NCBI GenBank assembly: GCA_965153355.1
Contig: OZ231126.1
Coordinates: 21,762,001 to 21,826,000 of the forward strand
Length of the DNA: 64,000 nucleotides
Origin: Flaccisagitta enflata
Taxonomy: Eukaryota
Reading direction: 5' to 3'
The notes beneath the pieces are model-generated. The model was not told the DNA's origin, searched no databases, and saw only the letters and a list, made by a program, of their open reading frames with translations. How positions within the stretch are numbered: position 1 is the first letter of the stretch; every line of letters starts with the position of its first letter. Of this stretch, positions 59,517-64,000 are shown piece by piece. A program made the position numbers and the translations under genes.

Positions 59517-61072
59517 CTTTTTGTCCGCGACGGAATACCATTCCGACGCGGACTATAATTCGAGGCGGGTGGGTGTCGTCGTTGTCGTCGTCGTCGTCGT
59601 TGTCGTCCACACTTTTAAAAATGGGCTAACTTTTGAACGCCTTGACCGATTTGCTTCATATTTGGAGGGAAGTTGTATTAGGGTAAGCCGCTTTGCAGCC
59701 TATGCGTATGTTATGATCCGACCCACCCAACCGGCCCAACCAGCCTACCAGCCTAAAAGTGAAAAACGTACATAACTTCGGCATTTTTCAACCGATTTGG
59801 TTAAAATTTGGTATGTAGTCCCTAAATGGAAGAACTCAACATATGTATTTGAATTGTAAAGATTTTAGCATGCTAACCGGCCAAACCGGCCTACCAACCA
59901 ACCAGCCTACCAGCCTAAAAGTGAAAAATGTGCATAACTTTGGCATTTTTCAACCGATTTGGTTAAAACTTGGTATGTAGTCTCTAAATGGAAGGACTCA
60001 ACATATGTATTTGATTTGTAAACATTTTAGCATGCTAACTGGCCAAACCGGCCTACCACCCAACCAGCCTACCAGCCTAAAAGTGAAAAACGTGCATAAC
60101 TTTGGCATTTTTCAACCAATTTCTTAACTTGCTTGTATGTAGTCTCTAAATGGAAGGACTCAACATATGTATTTGATTTGTAAAGATTTTAGCATGCTAA
60201 ACGGCCAAAACTGCCTACCACCCAACTAGCCTACCAGCCTAAAAGTGAAAACGTGCATAACTTTGGCATTGTTCTACCGATTTGGTTAAAATTTGGTATG
60301 TAGTCCCTAAATGGAAGAACTCAACATATGTATTTGAATTGTAAAGATTTTAGCATGCTAACCGGCCAAACCGGCCTACCACCCAACCAGCCTAAAAGTG
60401 AGAAACGTGCATAACTTTGGCATTTTTCAACCAATTTGGTTAGGACTTGGTATGTAGTCTTTAAATGGAAGGACTCAACATATGTATTTGATTTGTAAAG
60501 ATTATAGCATGCTAACTGGCCAAACCGACCAAACAGCCATTTGACAACGCCATTTGACAACGCCATTTGACAACGCCATTTGACAACGCCATTTGACAAC
60601 GCCGTTTGACAACGCCGTTTGACAACGCCGTTTGACAACGCCGTTTGACAACGCCGTTTGACAACGCCGTTTGACAACGCCGTTTGACAACGCCGTTTGA
60701 CAACGCCGTTTGACAACGCCGTTTGACAACGCCGTTTGACCACGCCGTTTGACCACGCCGTTTGACCACGCCGTTTGACCACGCCGTTTGACCACGCCGT
60801 TTGACCACGCCGTTTGACCACGCCGTTTGACCACGCCGTTTGACCACGCCGTTTGACCACGCCGTTTGACCACGCCGTTTGACCACGCCGTTTGACCACG
60901 CCGTTTGACCACGCCGTTTGACCACGCCGTTTGACAACGCCGTTTGACAACGCCGTTTGACAACGCCGTTTGACAACGCCGTTTGACAACGCCGTTTGAC
61001 AACGCCGTTTTACAACGCCGTTTTACAACGCCGTTTGACCCCAGTCGCGGACCCATACTCTTTCAAGATTTT
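59517..61072 (+). mobile_element. HINE-like element with a ~162-bp x5 array and a 13-bp x ~38 array
   Basis: 5' ttttt-gtccgcgac-ggaat-acc-attcc-gacgcggac hairpin; 3' gtcgcggac; arrays at 59720-60535 and 60536-61040. Confidence 0.65.
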
Positions 61073-61209
61073 TTTACTTTACTTCTTTTTTTTTCTTTCT
61101 TCATAATTTTTTTCTTTCCTTCTTTTTTTTTCTTTCTCCATTATTTTTTTCTTTCCTCTCTCTGTTTCTTTCTTCCTCCCTTTCTTTTTCTTTTTCTTTT
61201 CCTTTCTTG

Positions 61210-61286
<77 letters not shown>

Positions 61287-61443
61287 TTCCTTCCTTTGTT
61301 TTTTTCCCTGTCTTCCTTCCTTCCTTCCCTTCCCTTTCCTTCCGACAAGCTTCCATCCCTTCCAAGGAGCGGCGCTCCTCGCTCCTCCATAATGTGTATG
61401 TCTGGTTGGTAATGTTGTTACTGCTGTTGTTGTTGTTGTTGTT

Positions 61444-61524
<81 letters not shown>

Positions 61525-61763
61525 GCTGTTGTGGTTGTTGTTGTTGTTGTGTGGTTGATATTGTTGTTGTTGTTGTTGTTGTTGTTTTGGTTGTCGTTTT
61601 GTTGTAGTTGTTGTTGTCGTTACTGTTGTTATTGTTGTTTTTTTTTTTTTGTTATTGTTGTTGTTGTTGTTGTTTTTGTTGTTGTTGTTTTTGTTGTTAT
61701 CCAGAGGTGCTGATTTTGTGAAGCATGATAATGGAAGGGGTCAGGAAGGAAGGAAGGAAGGAA

Positions 61764-61828
<65 letters not shown>

Positions 61829-62422
61829 GAAGGAAGGGAGGAATGAACGAAGTGAGGAACCAGAGAAAGAATCCCTTGGCAACACTTGCGCAGGTAATTG
61901 CACATTCCACTACTATTTCATTTGTAATCTAAGTGGATAAAACCTTATTTGCATATTGCAGTTTTTTTAATCATGCACGCCAAAAACTTCTTTAAACAAG
62001 AAAAGAATCTTTCTCAGCCTCCAAAAACTTCGCTATTCTAATGACTAAAGAAAAACCATAATAACCTTGCGAATAAGCAAGTATGAACGAATATATTTAG
62101 AAATCATTCAATTTCTTAGCAGGGTTTTGTTTTGTCAGAAGGGATGAAAAAATTTTCGTTGTTAGTTGGATTGGTAAAATCTTGCTGGCCTGGGTCTTGC
62201 AGAGGATACACGTCGGCGGCCTTGAAGCCTAGACCATCAACTGGGTGGAGGCCCCTGGCCCGGCTATATTTGGTCAACGCTACGCAAGGGAGCTGAGATC
62301 TATCTTTGCTTAAGCACTCTTACACAGAGGAAAATATCGCAGCCCCAATTCCATAATCAGGCAAGGTATATGTGGAGGGGATTGCAAATGCCGCCCCTTA
62401 AAAATGAGCAGTTTGTTCACTA

Positions 62423-62809
62423 CAGACGGGCCACTAATTTAGCGTGTGGAGGCACATAAAGTTTTAGCCCCACCCCATACAGCTCAAACCCAATAACCAA
62501 TTTTTTTACTTGGAAGTGTTCTGGATACCTTGGGGCAATACAAATGGCGCCACCGTGGCGATTTTGGAGTTTCCACTTTTACACCCCCAATTTTGCGATT
62601 TTTCTCCCACGGGGGTGGTTCAGGGGTGGGAAAAAAGTGGTCATTTGGAGGGGTTAAAAGTGGAAACTCAAAAATCGCCATGGTGGCGCCATTTGTATTG
62701 TCCCAAGGTATCTTAAGTTGTTCCCAGTGTAAAGATTGGTTAATGGGTTTGAGCTTTAGGGGTAGGGCTAAAAAATGTGCCTCCACACGCTAAATTAGTG
62801 GTCCTTCTG
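62423..62809. mobile_element. Fully palindromic TA-flanked MITE
   Basis: TA|cagacgggccactaatttagcgtgtggaggcacat ... atgtgcctccacacgctaaattagtggtccttctg|TA; the arms pair almost to the centre. Confidence 0.85.
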
Positions 62810-63658
62810 TATAGACACAAGGAGAAGAGACTTAAGTCTAAATTCAGGGAAGGGAATAATAGCCTACAAATTAAACAAAAGTGCGGCAGCTTTTGTCGGA
62901 TTTTTCATGCCACACAGCAGCTTGACGGAATCGGCACCTCTGTTTTGTTATCCTTGTTGTTATTTTTGTCTCTTTTTTTTTTCGTTGTTATTTCATTTCC
63001 CCTGTTAAGCAGTCGTTTTTGGGCACATATAGGAGATTTTCTCCTCCTCCTTCTCCTTCTCCTTCTCTTCCTCCTCCATCCCCCTCCCACACCTGGGGGC
63101 TCCAAACCCAGCCTCCAGGTCCTAATCCTAGCCTTGAGGCTTGTATTCAACCTCGAGGCTCAAATTGCGACCTTGAGGCTCCAATCCCAGCCTTGAGGCT
63201 CCAATCCCAGCCTCAGGGCTCACACTCCAGCTTTGAAGCATTCCCAGCCTTGATGCCCCAATCCCAGCATATGGCCTCTAATCCCCCTCCTGGCTCCAAT
63301 TCCAGCCTTGAGGCTGGGACCTTTGCCATGAGGCTCTATCCCCAGCCAAGAGGCTCCAATCCATGCCTGATGGTTCCACGTGGCTCAAATCCCAGCTCCA
63401 ATGCTCAAATCTTAGCCCAGCATAGGTCATTGGCTCCTTTGGGGCCGCTGCCCCTCTCACTTTCACATCTTACATATACTAACTTAGGGGCAACGGGTAC
63501 CGCTGACCATCTGACGCTTTTGCGACTATTGTGGTTGTTGCCGTTGTTTGGATCATTGAGGGAAACTGGAGCCCATTACGACATCATCTAGAAGGGGAAT
63601 CTCAGAGAAGAAGTGGACTCCTTGAAAGGTAAAGGATGTTATGACCCGCTGAGGGCAA

Positions 63659-63779
<121 letters not shown>

Positions 63780-64000
63780 CAGAGAGAGACAGAGAGAGAC
63801 AGAGAGAGACAGAGAGAGACAGAGAGACAAAGCCTCTGTTGGTCTCTGTCACAGAGGCACACAGACAAAGACATTACAAAAGTGAGACCTAAATAGAGAG
63901 AGCAACCGATGGCGACAAAAACAAAAAATGATAATGAGAGGATGCAGATAGAATGACAAATATTTGGACAGATATTCCGACAGCGAGACATTCAGACAAG

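Noticed and set aside
60321-61056. Repetitive ORFs and a CRISPR-like appearance
   Set aside because: Head-to-tail 13-bp repeat with no unique spacers; eukaryotic context and no cas genes.

Overview
AT-rich, microsatellite- and MITE-dense animal (bilaterian invertebrate) genomic DNA, so nearly all ORFs in the supplied track are simple-repeat artefacts. I reconstructed three spliced genes by hand. (1) A + strand, 3-exon posterior-class Hox gene (10378-22784, ~571 aa, Ala-rich, with a divergent Post1/Abd-B-like homeodomain). (2) A - strand, 5-exon gene mostly invisible in the ORF track (46776-40213), encoding a signal peptide, a 10-cysteine module, a spacer and a divergent C-type-lectin-like domain with one apparent frameshift. 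(3) A + strand, 2-exon C2orf81/DUF4639-like gene (53415-56158, ~545 aa). Non-coding highlights are a compact TCF-HMG plus Helper-site cassette 10.5 kb downstream of the Hox gene and paired DR2 nuclear-receptor elements in Hox intron 1. There are also at least 15 Helentron-associated (HINE/DINE-1-like) elements with co-varying subterminal repeats, several carrying satellite arrays, and many TA-, TTAA- or 8-bp-TSD MITEs, some nested. Family assignments are from recalled motifs; no database search was run.
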